From: Kangiella sp.
GTDB lineage: Bacteria > Pseudomonadota > Gammaproteobacteria > Enterobacterales > Kangiellaceae
Assembly (NCBI GenBank): GCA_026195755.1
Contig: JAPHRL010000068.1
Location: forward strand, 1 to 48,351
Reading direction: 5' to 3'
Length of the DNA stretch: 48,351 nucleotides
This document shows positions 28,796 through 39,648 of this stretch, one piece after another. A program made the translations under genes and the position numbers. The stretch's first letter is position 1. The number at the start of each line of letters is the position of its first letter. The notes under the pieces were generated by a model. It ran no database searches and was not told the origin of the DNA. It saw only the letters and a list, made by a program, of their open reading frames with translations.

Positions 28796-31700
28796 TTAAT
28801 TACTTTTAATTGTCGCTGAACGCCAAAGGAAGTATACCAATGGCAAGACAATCAGAGTTAAGATTAAGGCGCTTACCATTCCGCCAACCATTGGTGTGGC
28901 AATACCGCTCATTAGTTCTGAGCCTGACCCACCGCCAAATAATATTGGTAATAAGCCTAGGATGATGGATGCAGCAGTCATCATAATAGGACGCACCCTC
29001 ATAGAAGCCCCTTCAATAATCGATTGTCTTAACAGCTGCCTGTCAACTTGCCCTGAGTTCTCAAGCATAAGCTTTTGGTATGCCTGATTGAGATAGACCA
29101 GCATGATGACACCAATTTCAACGGCTACTCCTGCGAGTGCGATAAAGCCAACCCAGATTGCCACCGAGAAATTAAAGCCCATTAAATAGGTAAGCCACAA
29201 GCTGCCAATAATAGCTAATGGTAAGGTTCCCATAATGATAATGACTTCAACCACGTTTCTGAAGCTCAAATACAAAAGAATCATTATGATTGCTAAGGTT
29301 AAAGGCAGTACGTAACTGAGTTTTTCTTCCGCTCGTAACATGTACTCATATTGACCAGCCCAGGTTAGCGAGTAGCCAGCGGGCAGTTGCAACTGATCAT
29401 TAACCGCTTGTTGAGCCTGCTCAATGTAGTGTCCAATATCCACATCATCAATATCGATAAACACAGTACCATTAATGCGCGCGTTTTCACTTTTGATTGC
29501 GGGTGGTCCGTCGATGATTTTGATTTCAGCTACATCACCCAAAGCAATCCGTTGACCAGCTGGTGTTACGATAGGTAACAGCTTTAACTGTTCGGGAGAA
29601 TCGCGGTACTCTTGTGGGTAGCGAAGATTGACTGGATAACGCTCAAGACCTTCTACGGTCTGTGTAATGTTCATGCCACCGACTGCGGTCGCTATTACTT
29701 GCTGTATCGCTGAGATATTCAAGCCGTAACGTGCAGCCTGCTGACGATTAATATCAATATCAAGGTAGCGGCCACCGGCAACTCGTTCAGAGTAAACCGA
29801 TGCGGTTCCTTCAACATCCGTCAGAATATTTTCTAATTGGCTGCCAATATCTTGTATCACACTTAAATCGGGCCCAGACACTTTGATACCAACTGGTGTC
29901 TTGATACCAGTTGCCAGCATGTCAATACGCGTTTTGATCGGCATGACCCAGGCATTGGTTAAACCAGGAATGGTCACCAGCCGATCCAGCTCCTGTTTTA
30001 AGCTGTCGGTAGTGACACCTTCGCGCCATTGATCGCGCGGCTTTAACTGAATAAAGGTTTCAATCATGGTCAGTGGTGCAGGATCGGTTGCAGTATCGGC
30101 ACGGCCAATTTTACCAAAGACCGTCTCAACCTCTGGGATAGTTTTGATCAGCTTATCAGTCTGCTGCAGAATTTCTCGTGCCTTACCAACTGATAAACTC
30201 GGATATGTGGTTGGCATGTACATGAGATCACCTTCATCCAAAGTCGGCATAAACTCGCTACCAATTTTAGTTAACGGCCACAGCCCTATGAGAAATACTA
30301 TCAGCGTTATGCCAAGTGTTGTTTTCGGGTAGTGAAGGATGGTTTTAAGCAAAGGTTTATATACGGCAATTAACCCACGATTTATTGGATTCTTGCTCTC
30401 AGACTTTATCTTTCCGCGTACAAAATAACCCATCAAGACAGGTATCAAGGTGATGGCTAAAGCCGCTGATGCCGCCATGGCATAGGTTTTGGTGAATGCT
30501 AATGGAGAAAACATTCGACCTTCCTGTGCTTCCAGTGTGAACACAGGAATAAAGCTGGCGGTAATAATGAGCAAACTAAAGAACAGGGCGGGGCCAACTT
30601 CGGTTGCTGATTTTGCCACAATCTGCCAGCGTCTTTCGCTGCTCATGGACTGATTGTCTTCTGCTTCTTTTTCCAGATGCTTGTGCATATTCTCAATCAT
30701 TACAATAGCACCATCAACCATGGTTCCGATTGCAATGGCAATACCACCAAGCGACATGATATTAGCGTTTAAGCCTTGCCAATGCATGATGATAAATGCT
30801 GTCAGAATACCAACCGGTAAACTGATCACAGCGACTAATGATGATCGAACGTGGAACAGGAAAATCATGCAAACCAGCACGACGATAATTAACTCCTGCA
30901 GTAGCTTTTGCCAAAGATTATCCACTGCGCGCTCAATCAGACCACTGCGGTCATAGACGGTGACCAGTTCTACACCATCAGGCAGACTGGATTTTAAGTC
31001 CGTTAATTTTTGTTTGACTGCATTAATGGTCTCCTGAGCATTTTCACCATAGCGCATGACGATGATGCCGCCCACGGTTTCGCCTTCACCATTCAGTTCA
31101 GCAATGCCGCGACGCATTTGCGGGCCAATACTTATGTCAGCAACATCTTTCAGGAGCAGGGGAGTGCCTTGTTCGTTAACGCCTAATGGAACATTGCCAA
31201 TGTCTTGTTGGTTCTTGAGATAGCCGCTGGCTCTGACCATGTACTCAGCTTCGGCCATTTCTACCACAGAGGCTCCCACTTCCTGATTGCTTTGCTTAAT
31301 GGCTCGTTGAATAAGATCCAGAGGAATGGAATAAGCTCGTAGCTTTTCAGGATCAACCTTGACCTGATACTGCTTTACCATACCACCCACCGTGGCCACT
31401 TCAGACACGCCGGAAACCGTTTGCAGTTCATACTTTAGAAACCAGTCCTGCAAACTACGCAATTGACTGATGTCATGCTGACCTGTTTTATCGATTAAGG
31501 CGTATAAATAAACCCAACCCACGCCAGTGGCATCAGGTCCTAATTGTGGCTTAGCAGTTTCGGGTAATGAGGGCGCAACTTGACTGAGGTATTCCAACAC
31601 CCGTGAGCGTGCCCAATACATGTCAGTGTCTTCATCAAAAATAATATAGACATAAGAGTCACCAAAAAACGAAAAACCGCGCACTGTTTCTGCACCAGGC

Positions 31701-31927
31701 ACTGAAAGCATGGCGGTGGTTAGTGGGTAAGTGACTTGATCTTCCACTACTTGCGGCGCTTGACCCGGATAACTGGTTTTAATGATCACCTGCACATCCG
31801 ACAAATCAGGAATAGCATCTACTGGTGTTTTCTTAAGCGAATAAATGCCTAGACTGATAAGAATTAAGGTCGCCAATAATACGAAAAAGCGATTATGGAT
31901 CGACCAACGAATAATAGAGGCAATCAT
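28796..31927 (-). CDS. cusA: CusA/SilA-type heavy-metal RND efflux permease
   Basis: PDLSDVQVII, DMYWARSRVLEYL, EGDLMYMP (Met), APLTMIET, NAWVMPIKTRIDMLATG and RVRPIMMT. Confidence 0.93.
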   Translation of the reverse strand: MIASIIRWSIHNRFFVLLATLILISLGIYSLKKTPVDAIPDLSDVQVIIKTSYPGQAPQVVEDQVTYPLTTAMLSVPGAETVRGFSFFGDSYVYIIFDEDTDMYWARSRVLEYLSQVAPSLPETAKPQLGPDATGVGWVYLYALIDKTGQHDISQLRSLQDWFLKYELQTVSGVSEVATVGGMVKQYQVKVDPEKLRAYSIPLDLIQRAIKQSNQEVGASVVEMAEAEYMVRASGYLKNQQDIGNVPLGVNEQGTPLLLKDVADISIGPQMRRGIAELNGEGETVGGIIVMRYGENAQETINAVKQKLTDLKSSLPDGVELVTVYDRSGLIERAVDNLWQKLLQELIIVVLVCMIFLFHVRSSLVAVISLPVGILTAFIIMHWQGLNANIMSLGGIAIAIGTMVDGAIVMIENMHKHLEKEAEDNQSMSSERRWQIVAKSATEVGPALFFSLLIITASFIPVFTLEAQEGRMFSPLAFTKTYAMAASAALAITLIPVLMGYFVRGKIKSESKNPINRGLIAVYKPLLKTILHYPKTTLGITLIVFLIGLWPLTKIGSEFMPTLDEGDLMYMPTTYPSLSVGKAREILQQTDKLIKTIPEVETVFGKIGRADTATDPAPLTMIETFIQLKPRDQWREGVTTDSLKQELDRLVTIPGLTNAWVMPIKTRIDMLATGIKTPVGIKVSGPDLSVIQDIGSQLENILTDVEGTASVYSERVAGGRYLDIDINRQQAARYGLNISAIQQVIATAVGGMNITQTVEGLERYPVNLRYPQEYRDSPEQLKLLPIVTPAGQRIALGDVAEIKIIDGPPAIKSENARINGTVFIDIDDVDIGHYIEQAQQAVNDQLQLPAGYSLTWAGQYEYMLRAEEKLSYVLPLTLAIIMILLYLSFRNVVEVIIIMGTLPLAIIGSLWLTYLMGFNFSVAIWVGFIALAGVAVEIGVIMLVYLNQAYQKLMLENSGQVDRQLLRQSIIEGASMRVRPIMMTAASIILGLLPILFGGGSGSELMSGIATPMVGGMVSALILTLIVLPLVYFLWRSATIKSN

Positions 31928-33495
31928 TGGTCGCTCTCCTCATGGTTCATGCCAGAGTGGTCCATGTTTGAATGGTCCATGCTTGAATGGTCCATCTCAG
32001 GCTGTTCTTCTTCAGATTGATCGGGAATATGAATCTCAGTAATCAGGTAACTGTTATCAGGGTACTTGGTTATTTGAATATGAACTGTCATGCCTTTTTT
32101 AACTGACGATAAATCTAGATTCTCAGCGGTATCCAGATCCATAGTCATTGATGGCCAACCCCATTCTTTAACTGGGCCATGGCTGACATTCAACATATTG
32201 TGATGAGCCATAACACTATTGATAGTGGCTTCCACCCACACAGACTCTTCATCTGTTTCATCTTCGGTTGCGTCATTAGACTGATCGCTTTGGCTCATGC
32301 GTTTAAAGTCTGAGTTTTTGCTCGACTCGGAATCAATAAGGAACTGCGCCGAGGTCACAATACGATCCCCAGCGTTCAATCCGTCGATTACTTCCACATA
32401 ATCTTGACCAAATTCACCGAGTGTCACCGCGACAGATTTGAACTTACCATCGCCAACGGCAAGAACCACACGGTCTTGTTTTTCAGTACGAATCACTGCC
32501 TCATGAGGGGCCAGTGTCACTTGCTTTTTGCCGTTCACATGTATGGTGACGTTGCTAAACATATTAGGCTTTAGTGCATAATCAGGATTATCGAAACGAA
32601 TACGAACACGTCCGGTGCGGTTGCTAGCGTTAAGCGTGGGGTACACATAATCAACTTCCCCTTGCCAGCTGTCTTTTGTGCCAGTATCCAACGTCATAGT
32701 TACTGTAAGTCCCGGCTCAAGCAATCCAATCTGGCGTTCAAAAATTTCTGCTTCAACCCAGACCTCATCTAAAGCACCAATCGACATCATGGTAGTGCCA
32801 GGTTTAACAAAGAAACCTTCTCGAATTTCCAGCTCGTTAATAAAGCCATCGGTTGGAGCATGAAAAACCACATTCTGACGTATGGTGCCTTTTGTTTTTA
32901 TTTCGTTAATAACTGATTCTGAGAGTTGTAATGCGCCTAGTCGGTTTTCGGATGCACGAATTAAATCGCGATTGTTGCGCTTTAACGCAAGCAACAATTC
33001 TTCTTGCGCATTGACTAATTGTGGCGAGTAAAGCTCATAAAGTGGTTGACCTTTGTTTACCGGATTACCAGCGGCTTTAACATGCAGCTTTTCGATCCAT
33101 CCTTCGACTCTTGGGTGAATATGGATCAGCTTGTCTTCATCAAACTGCACATAACCGACGGTATCAATCTCATGAGAAATATAACCTTCTTTAACCTCGT
33201 CAGTTCTTACCGATATATTATTTTCTACGGCAGAAGAGATCTTAACGGTGCCAGGTGAATCTTGACCTGCGTCTTCTTCATAAACCGGTACCAGATCCAT
33301 GCCCATTGGTGATTTTCCCGGTTTGTCACGTCGGTAATTGGCATCCATTGGTGCTACCCAATACAAAGGTTCTTTTTTACTTGATGTCTGTTCGGTTAAA
33401 TCATTGGAGCCATTGATTAATACCATTGCAGTTACGCCCAGGATGGCACCGACTAAACCGGCAATGATAATGCTTACTAGAGATTTGTTATTCAT
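31924..33495 (-). CDS. cusB: CusB-type periplasmic adaptor with an N-terminal metal-binding motif and a C-terminal CusF-like domain plus MDHS tail
   Basis: YWVAPMD...PGKSPMGMDLVP, YSPQLVNAQEE, LKPNMF, SAQFLIDSES and VSHGPVKEWGWPSMTM. Confidence 0.88.
   Translation of the reverse strand: MNNKSLVSIIIAGLVGAILGVTAMVLINGSNDLTEQTSSKKEPLYWVAPMDANYRRDKPGKSPMGMDLVPVYEEDAGQDSPGTVKISSAVENNISVRTDEVKEGYISHEIDTVGYVQFDEDKLIHIHPRVEGWIEKLHVKAAGNPVNKGQPLYELYSPQLVNAQEELLLALKRNNRDLIRASENRLGALQLSESVINEIKTKGTIRQNVVFHAPTDGFINELEIREGFFVKPGTTMMSIGALDEVWVEAEIFERQIGLLEPGLTVTMTLDTGTKDSWQGEVDYVYPTLNASNRTGRVRIRFDNPDYALKPNMFSNVTIHVNGKKQVTLAPHEAVIRTEKQDRVVLAVGDGKFKSVAVTLGEFGQDYVEVIDGLNAGDRIVTSAQFLIDSESSKNSDFKRMSQSDQSNDATEDETDEESVWVEATINSVMAHHNMLNVSHGPVKEWGWPSMTMDLDTAENLDLSSVKKGMTVHIQITKYPDNSYLITEIHIPDQSEEEQPEMDHSSMDHSNMDHSGMNHEESDQ
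31936..31995 (-). repeat. Four 15-nt coding tandem repeats (MDHSS MDHSN MDHSG MNHEE)
   Basis: ATGGACCATTCAAGC / ATGGACCATTCAAAC / ATGGACCACTCTGGC / ATGAACCATGAGGAG on the minus strand. Confidence 0.85.
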
Positions 33496-33511
33496 AGTTT
33501 CACCCTGGAGT

Positions 33512-34870
33512 TTACTGTTTAGCTTGAGTTAAAAGGTAGTTTAGTTGTGCAACGGTTTTGAGATAATTGATCTCAACGCTTAGCGCTTCAATTTTGGTAT
33601 TGAGCTCATCTATTCTGGAGCGCATTACTTCGGTGAAATCACCGCTGTCATTAGTATAGGCATTAAGTGTTGCTTCGGATTGCTGATTCATTTCTTCTAA
33701 TAAACTATCTTTATACAGTGCACGACGTTTGTTCAGCTCGTTCAGTTGACCGTGATAGTTTATTGTGGCTGATAACAGGCTACGCAGTAATAACCATTTG
33801 TCAGCTTTCATGGCTTCTCTTTCTTTAACGCTGGCTGTTACTTCCTGGTCTTGGCGATTACTGGTAAATATCGGCAAATCAAAGCTCACCCCAACAGAGA
33901 AAAAGTCTGAGCGGCTGTTGCCCATTGGGTCATCATCGCGGTGGCCATAACTAGCGTTAACACTCCATTGAGTTTTGTACTTTTGCTTAGCAAGATCGAT
34001 ATTGGTTTCGCTGGCTTTTACTTTTTGCTCAAACGCTAAAACCTGCGGGTGTTGTTGTAGGTGTTGAATGAGTGTTTGTTTATCGTTGGAAGACTCCAGT
34101 GAAATTACTTGCTCATGATCTAACGAAAGCATCGGCATGCCAGCGGGAAGCGAAAAATGATTATAGGCAAAGGCTAAATGACTATCACTGATGAGCCATT
34201 CTTTAAGCATCGACTTTTTTGTCGCCAGTTCTTGATGCAGTTTAGTTAAACGATCATCGAGTCGAGTCAGTTCTACCTGTGAACGAATTACATCCTGTTG
34301 ACGAGTTTGCCCCAATGCACTGGAGTAGTTGAGGGAAACGGTTTCTGCAAGCTGTTCAAAGAGCTGTCTATCGCGCTCAATTAAGTCGATGGTTTGCTCT
34401 GTCAGGTAAATATCGAGCCATAGCTGCGTAACTGTTGCTTTGACTTTTGCTTTTCGATCTTGCCGCTGTAATGGAAATTCCTGACTGAGTTGCTGCAGCT
34501 TTTTTTGTGCCAAGTCCAAACTATCGCCGCGTGGTAACGCTTGAGTGACTCCAACTTTTAATTGGGTCATGGCTTCCTGCGAAAAGTCAAAGCTATCTAC
34601 CGGAAGGTTAGCTGCGGAAATAGAAATCATTGGATCGGCATAAGTATTTGCGGAAATACTCTGCGCTTCAACCGCCTGCTGTCGGTATTGATTGCTTTGC
34701 AACCAGGGGTCGTTATTTTGAGCCAGGCTTACTGCCTGCTCAAGAGTTAAGTTTTTGACGGCCTGTTCTGAGTTTGCTTGTGCAGACATGTTTAGGCACG
34801 TAGCACCAAAAACCAGCACTCCAGCTATAAATTTCAGAGACACGTTATGACTAAAAAATAAATTAAACAT
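33512..34870 (-). CDS. TolC-family outer-membrane efflux protein (CusC role)
   Basis: Signal peptide, NLPVDSFDFSQEAMTQ and SVGVSFDLPIF; first gene before cusB/cusA. Confidence 0.85.
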   Translation of the reverse strand: MFNLFFSHNVSLKFIAGVLVFGATCLNMSAQANSEQAVKNLTLEQAVSLAQNNDPWLQSNQYRQQAVEAQSISANTYADPMISISAANLPVDSFDFSQEAMTQLKVGVTQALPRGDSLDLAQKKLQQLSQEFPLQRQDRKAKVKATVTQLWLDIYLTEQTIDLIERDRQLFEQLAETVSLNYSSALGQTRQQDVIRSQVELTRLDDRLTKLHQELATKKSMLKEWLISDSHLAFAYNHFSLPAGMPMLSLDHEQVISLESSNDKQTLIQHLQQHPQVLAFEQKVKASETNIDLAKQKYKTQWSVNASYGHRDDDPMGNSRSDFFSVGVSFDLPIFTSNRQDQEVTASVKEREAMKADKWLLLRSLLSATINYHGQLNELNKRRALYKDSLLEEMNQQSEATLNAYTNDSGDFTEVMRSRIDELNTKIEALSVEINYLKTVAQLNYLLTQAKQ

Positions 34871-35018
34871 ATCACTCCTCCAGCAGAGCGATGAACCAAC
34901 AAGGTTGGTTTTAAAACTAATGCTTATGAGTAGAGTGTTTGATTGGCACCACTAACTCAGCGTTATGTCTTGAGCTAGGTTCTGTCAGACAGAAAGCTCC
35001 AGACGGATCGAGGCTGTG

Positions 35019-35426
35019 TTAGCAGTTTATGGGTGGGCGATACAGAGAGCTGGAAATTGAGGTTATCGCCTGATCGGAATATAAATCGATAGATTGGTTG
35101 TGTTGGCTTGCCTGAGAGTTGGTTTGTGGTTCCAACACCAAAGCCAGCGTTGAACAGGTGGTCATATTACAGTTACCACCATCTTCACAACAGTCCATTG
35201 GCTGAACTATTGTTTGCTCCATTGAATGAGCCATATCAGTATGGTTCATCTTAGAATGATCTATTTGAGAATTCTCTATTTGAGAGTCGTCTATGGAACT
35301 GGCCATTTGATTAGCAGGCTGTTCATGCGAGTCCATACAAGGCATATCAACCATAGCATTCGACTGGCCGATAAACGCCAGTAATGCCAATATGATGGTC
35401 AGTATATGTATGAATTTATGGTGCAC
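35019..35426 (-). CDS. Small exported Met/His/Cys-rich protein with a C-terminal RPP motif (DUF2946/CopL/CutF-like leader)
   Basis: Hydrophobic N-terminus; DHSKMNHTDMAHSM; DCCEDGGNCNMTTC; ends SSSLYRPPINC. Confidence 0.7.
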   Translation of the reverse strand: MHHKFIHILTIILALLAFIGQSNAMVDMPCMDSHEQPANQMASSIDDSQIENSQIDHSKMNHTDMAHSMEQTIVQPMDCCEDGGNCNMTTCSTLALVLEPQTNSQASQHNQSIDLYSDQAITSISSSLYRPPINC

Positions 35427-35534
35427 GGACTTACCTGTTAATAGTCATGAACCCTAATAGGATAGCTTATTTTATCTAAAGTTCAAAGTTTGCGTTCATT
35501 CTTATTGTGACTCACGACAGCATAGGACAAAGAC

Positions 35535-38500
35535 TTAGCCATCATAGTTCAAGCTTGGCGCCAACCACTTTTCTGCTGTTTTCAGATTCCAGCCCTTGCG
35601 CTGAGCATAGTCTTTGACCTGATCCTTCTCAATTTTCCCAACACCAAAGTAGCGCGACTCTGGATGGGCAAAATACCAACCGGACACTGCTGCGGTGGGG
35701 TACATGGCAAAGTGTTCGGTAATATTAAGCTCTATTTCGCTATCGGGTTTGAGCATGCTCCACAGCGTTCCTTTTTCTGTATGGTCAGGGCAAGCTGGAT
35801 AGCCCGGGGCGGGGCGGATTCCCTGATATTGCTCAGAAATCAGCTCTGCGTTGTCCAGCTTCTCATCTGGGACATAACCCCAATAGTCCTTGCGTACCAA
35901 CTCATGCATTCTTTCTGCGAAGGCTTCTGCCAGTCGATCTGCCAGGGCCTTTAACAGAATGGCATTATAGTCATCATGCTTTGCTTCAAAGGCTTTAACA
36001 TGCTCATCAATACCAATACCTGAGGTTACGGCAAATCCACCAATGTAATCTTTAAGTCCTGTTTCTTTCGGGGCAATAAAGTCAGACAGACAATAGTTAA
36101 ATTTTCCATTGCGAGTTTGTTTTTGCTGGCGAAGATGGTGCAGTGTATGGGCTACTTCCTGCCGCGAATCATCGGCATAGATTTCAATATCATCACCTTG
36201 AGCGTTTGCAGGGTAGAAGCCGATAACGGCGCGCGCGGTTAGCCATTTTTCTTCGACAATGGTTTTTAACATGGCTTGTGCATCGGCATATAGCTTCGTC
36301 GCTGTTTCGCCAACCACTTCATCATCCAGTATCTTGGGGAACTTGCCAGCCAGCTGCCAGGAACGGAAGAACGGCGTCCAGTCGATGCGCGGCAGTAAAT
36401 CTTGCAAAGGATAGTCACTAAACACTTTAGTGCCGAGAAAAGAGGGTCTGGTGATATTTGCTTCAGACCAATCAATGTTCGCTGCAAACTGCCTTGCTTG
36501 CTGAAGATTAGCCAGACTGGATTTCTTCTGACGCTTTTCACGCTCTGTTCTTAGCTTGTGGTATTCGTCTTTGATTTCGCTAACAAACTCATCCTTGTGT
36601 TCGCCTAGCAACTTATTTACCACACCGACTACGCGCGAAGCATCCATCACATACATGGCAGGATGCTCATAATGAGGCTCAATTTTAACGGCGGTGTGAA
36701 TTTTCGAGGTCGTAGCGCCACCAATCAGTAAGGGTAAATCGAGTCCACGGCGCTGCATTTCTTTGGCTACATGAACCATTTCTTCCAGTGACGGCGTGAT
36801 CAAACCGGACAGACCAACAATATCGCAGTTTTGCTCAATGGCAGTATCCAGAATTTTATCGCAGGGCACCATGACGCCTAAGTCAATGACTTCGTAGCCA
36901 TTGCATTGCAACACAACGCCGACAATATTCTTACCAATGTCATGCACATCACCTTTAACGGTTGCGAGCACAATTTTGCCTTTTGGCTTATCGGCAAGCT
37001 TGAGTCGTTTCTTTTCTTCTTCCATGTAGGGAAACAGGTAGGCGACCGCTTTTTTCATCACTCGTGCAGATTTAACAACCTGCGGCAGGAACATCTGGCC
37101 TGAGCCAAACAAATCACCGACCACATTCATTCCATCCATCAATGGCCCTTCAATAACATGTAAAGGACGTTCGGCCTGTTGGCGTGCTTCTTCAACGTCA
37201 TCGTCAATAAATTCAGTGATACCTTTGACGAGTGAATGTTCCAACCGCTTATTAACAGGCCATTGTCGCCACTCTTGAGTTTCCTTTTCTTTAACTTCCT
37301 GACCTGAGCCGCGATATTGCTCTGCCAGATCGAGTAATTTTTCTGTCGCTTCGGGTGAGCGATTAAGCACCACGTTTTCAACCGCGTCTTTAAAGTCTGT
37401 CGGGATGGCGCTATAGACTTCAAGTTGCCCAGCATTGACGATGCCCATGTCCATACCGGCGTTGATAGCATGGTAGAGGAAGACAGCATGAATGGCTTCA
37501 CGAACGGTGTTATTGCCACGGAAGGAGAAAGAAACGTTGGACACGCCGCCCGAAACGCGCGCGCCAGGTAAATTCTGTTTTATCCAGCGAGTGGCTTCGA
37601 TAAAGTCCACAGCATAGTTATTGTGTTCTTCAATGCCGGTGGCAATAGCGAAAATATTGGGGTCGAAAATAATGTCTTGCGGATCGAAGTTGAGTTTTTC
37701 GATAAGCAAGTTATAGGCACGTTGACAGATTGATGTTTTGCGTTCCAACGTATCGGCCTGACCTTCTTCATCAAAGGCCATGATAATAACCGCTGCGCCG
37801 TAACGCTGAACCAGTTGCGCCTGTTCGAGAAACTGTGCTTCGCCTTCCTTTAATGAAATTGAATTAACGATGCCCTTGCCCTGGATGCATTGCAGGCCAG
37901 CTTCAATGATTTCCCACTTGGATGAATCAAGCATGATCGGCACACGGCTGATGTCGGGTTCGGAAGCGATCAGATTCAAAAAGCGCTGCATGGCCGCTTT
38001 TGAATCCAACATGCCTTCATCCATGTTGATGTCGATAACCTGGGCGCCATTTTCGACCTGTTCTAAGGCCACCTCAATGGCGGCTTCAAAATCATCTTCC
38101 TTTATCAAGCGTAGGAACTTGGCTGAACCAGTGACATTAGTTCGCTCACCAACATTGACGAATAAGCTTGAATCATCAAGGTTTAAAGCTTCAAGACCCG
38201 ATAGTCGACATTTAGGTTGCTGATTGAATGTTGATCTTGGTTTGGCGCTTACAATCATCTCATTAAATCGAGCAATGTGATCCGGACTGGTACCACAACA
38301 GCCACCGATAATATTAATGAAACCTTTTTCAATCCATTCTGACATTTCGTTGGCCATGTCATCAGGCGTTTCATCGTAACCACCGAATTCATTCGGCAAA
38401 CCGGCGTTAGGGTGGGCTGAAACGGCAAACTCACTGATGCGTGATAACTCTTCAATGTAGGCGCGTAAATCTTTGGGGCCTAAAGCACAGTTTAAACCTA

Positions 38501-39218
38501 CGCTTATCGGGTTTGCATTACGAATAGAGTTATAGAAAGCTTCGGTAGTTTGTCCGGTTAAGGTTCTGCCGGAGGCGTCAGTAATGGTGCCTGATAGCAT
38601 GATGGGATAATCAATCTGATGATCATCAAAGTATTTTTTGACTGCAAAAATGGCGGCTTTAGCGTTGAGAGTATCGAAGATGGTTTCGATCAGAATGATA
38701 TCGGCGCCACCTTCAATTAAAGCCTGCGTTGATTCGTAGTAGGCATCGGCCAGTTCTTCAAAGTAGATATTACGAAAGCCAGGATCATTAACGTCAGGTG
38801 AAATGCTACAGGTTCTATTGGTCGGCCCTATGACGCCAGCCACAAAGCGCGGCTTGTCTGGCGTGGAGTATTGATCGGCAATAGCTCTGGCTAGTCGTGC
38901 TGACTCACGGTTAATTTCCGCTGACAAATCCTGCATGCCGTAGTCAGCCATTGCCACCCGAGTTGCATTGAAAGTATTGGTTTCGATGATGTCGGACCCT
39001 GCCTCAAGGTAGGCCTTGTGAATATCCGAAATGATCTGAGGCTGGCTTAAACTGAGCAGATCATTATTGCCTTTAAGATCGCTGGGCCACTTGCTAAAGC
39101 GTTGACCACGGTAGTCTGCTTCGGTTAACTCATATTGCTGAATCATGGTGCCCATTGCGCCATCAAGCAATAAAATACGCTGTTTTAGTACATCTTGTAA
39201 CTGTTTGCTTTTACTCAT
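35535..39218 (-). CDS. metH: B12-dependent methionine synthase
   Basis: [32 protein letters not shown] and [10 protein letters not shown]. Confidence 0.98.
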   Translation of the reverse strand: MSKSKQLQDVLKQRILLLDGAMGTMIQQYELTEADYRGQRFSKWPSDLKGNNDLLSLSQPQIISDIHKAYLEAGSDIIETNTFNATRVAMADYGMQDLSAEINRESARLARAIADQYSTPDKPRFVAGVIGPTNRTCSISPDVNDPGFRNIYFEELADAYYESTQALIEGGADIILIETIFDTLNAKAAIFAVKKYFDDHQIDYPIMLSGTITDASGRTLTGQTTEAFYNSIRNANPISVGLNCALGPKDLRAYIEELSRISEFAVSAHPNAGLPNEFGGYDETPDDMANEMSEWIEKGFINIIGGCCGTSPDHIARFNEMIVSAKPRSTFNQQPKCRLSGLEALNLDDSSLFVNVGERTNVTGSAKFLRLIKEDDFEAAIEVALEQVENGAQVIDINMDEGMLDSKAAMQRFLNLIASEPDISRVPIMLDSSKWEIIEAGLQCIQGKGIVNSISLKEGEAQFLEQAQLVQRYGAAVIIMAFDEEGQADTLERKTSICQRAYNLLIEKLNFDPQDIIFDPNIFAIATGIEEHNNYAVDFIEATRWIKQNLPGARVSGGVSNVSFSFRGNNTVREAIHAVFLYHAINAGMDMGIVNAGQLEVYSAIPTDFKDAVENVVLNRSPEATEKLLDLAEQYRGSGQEVKEKETQEWRQWPVNKRLEHSLVKGITEFIDDDVEEARQQAERPLHVIEGPLMDGMNVVGDLFGSGQMFLPQVVKSARVMKKAVAYLFPYMEEEKKRLKLADKPKGKIVLATVKGDVHDIGKNIVGVVLQCNGYEVIDLGVMVPCDKILDTAIEQNCDIVGLSGLITPSLEEMVHVAKEMQRRGLDLPLLIGGATTSKIHTAVKIEPHYEHPAMYVMDASRVVGVVNKLLGEHKDEFVSEIKDEYHKLRTEREKRQKKSSLANLQQARQFAANIDWSEANITRPSFLGTKVFSDYPLQDLLPRIDWTPFFRSWQLAGKFPKILDDEVVGETATKLYADAQAMLKTIVEEKWLTARAVIGFYPANAQGDDIEIYADDSRQEVAHTLHHLRQQKQTRNGKFNYCLSDFIAPKETGLKDYIGGFAVTSGIGIDEHVKAFEAKHDDYNAILLKALADRLAEAFAERMHELVRKDYWGYVPDEKLDNAELISEQYQGIRPAPGYPACPDHTEKGTLWSMLKPDSEIELNITEHFAMYPTAAVSGWYFAHPESRYFGVGKIEKDQVKDYAQRKGWNLKTAEKWLAPSLNYDG

Positions 39219-39270
39219 TAAATTAATATCTCAACGCCATGAACACGATATAACTCATGGTAATATAAAA

Positions 39271-39294
39271 AGACGTATAGACGTCCAAATGATT
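39271..39294. promoter_or_regulatory. Met boxes in the metH/btuB divergent region
   Basis: AGACGTAT AGACGTCC AAATGATT in tandem 8-bp register. Confidence 0.8.
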
Positions 39295-39376
39295 TTTGTT
39301 ATAATAGCACCGCTTTTGCCAATCGTGAACCTTTAAAACAAAGTTTTATGGCTAGTGAGTAAATTGAGATTCATCC

Positions 39377-39564
39377 ACTGATCGGGTCTTCAAAGTCAAT
39401 TGACTGCGAAGATAATCGGGAAATCAGTTTAAATCTGATGCTGCCCCCGCAACGGTAATTGATAGCGCTATTTAATAGACCACTGAGTTGACTTCGCAAA
39501 TGGAGAAAAACTTGGGAAGGTAAGTAGCTAGATGATCATAAGCCCGGAGACCGGCCTGAACAGT
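39377..39564 (+). ncRNA. Cobalamin riboswitch
   Basis: AATCGGGAA..., CTGCCCCCGCAACGGTAA, CCACTG...GGGAAGG and the B12-box AAGCCCGGAGACCGGCC; lies upstream of btuB. Confidence 0.93.
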
Positions 39565-39648
39565 ACATCGCGCGGATCGGTGGGCTCTGCATCAAGATGT
39601 TAGATGAATCTTATCTTTTAATGCCCGCTCGTAATTTACGAGACTACA

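Noticed and set aside
35427-35534. CueR/MerR-type promoter upstream of the cus leader
   Set aside because: TTGAAC is present on the minus strand, but the ACCTT-N7-AAGGT dyad and the 19-bp spacer are not.
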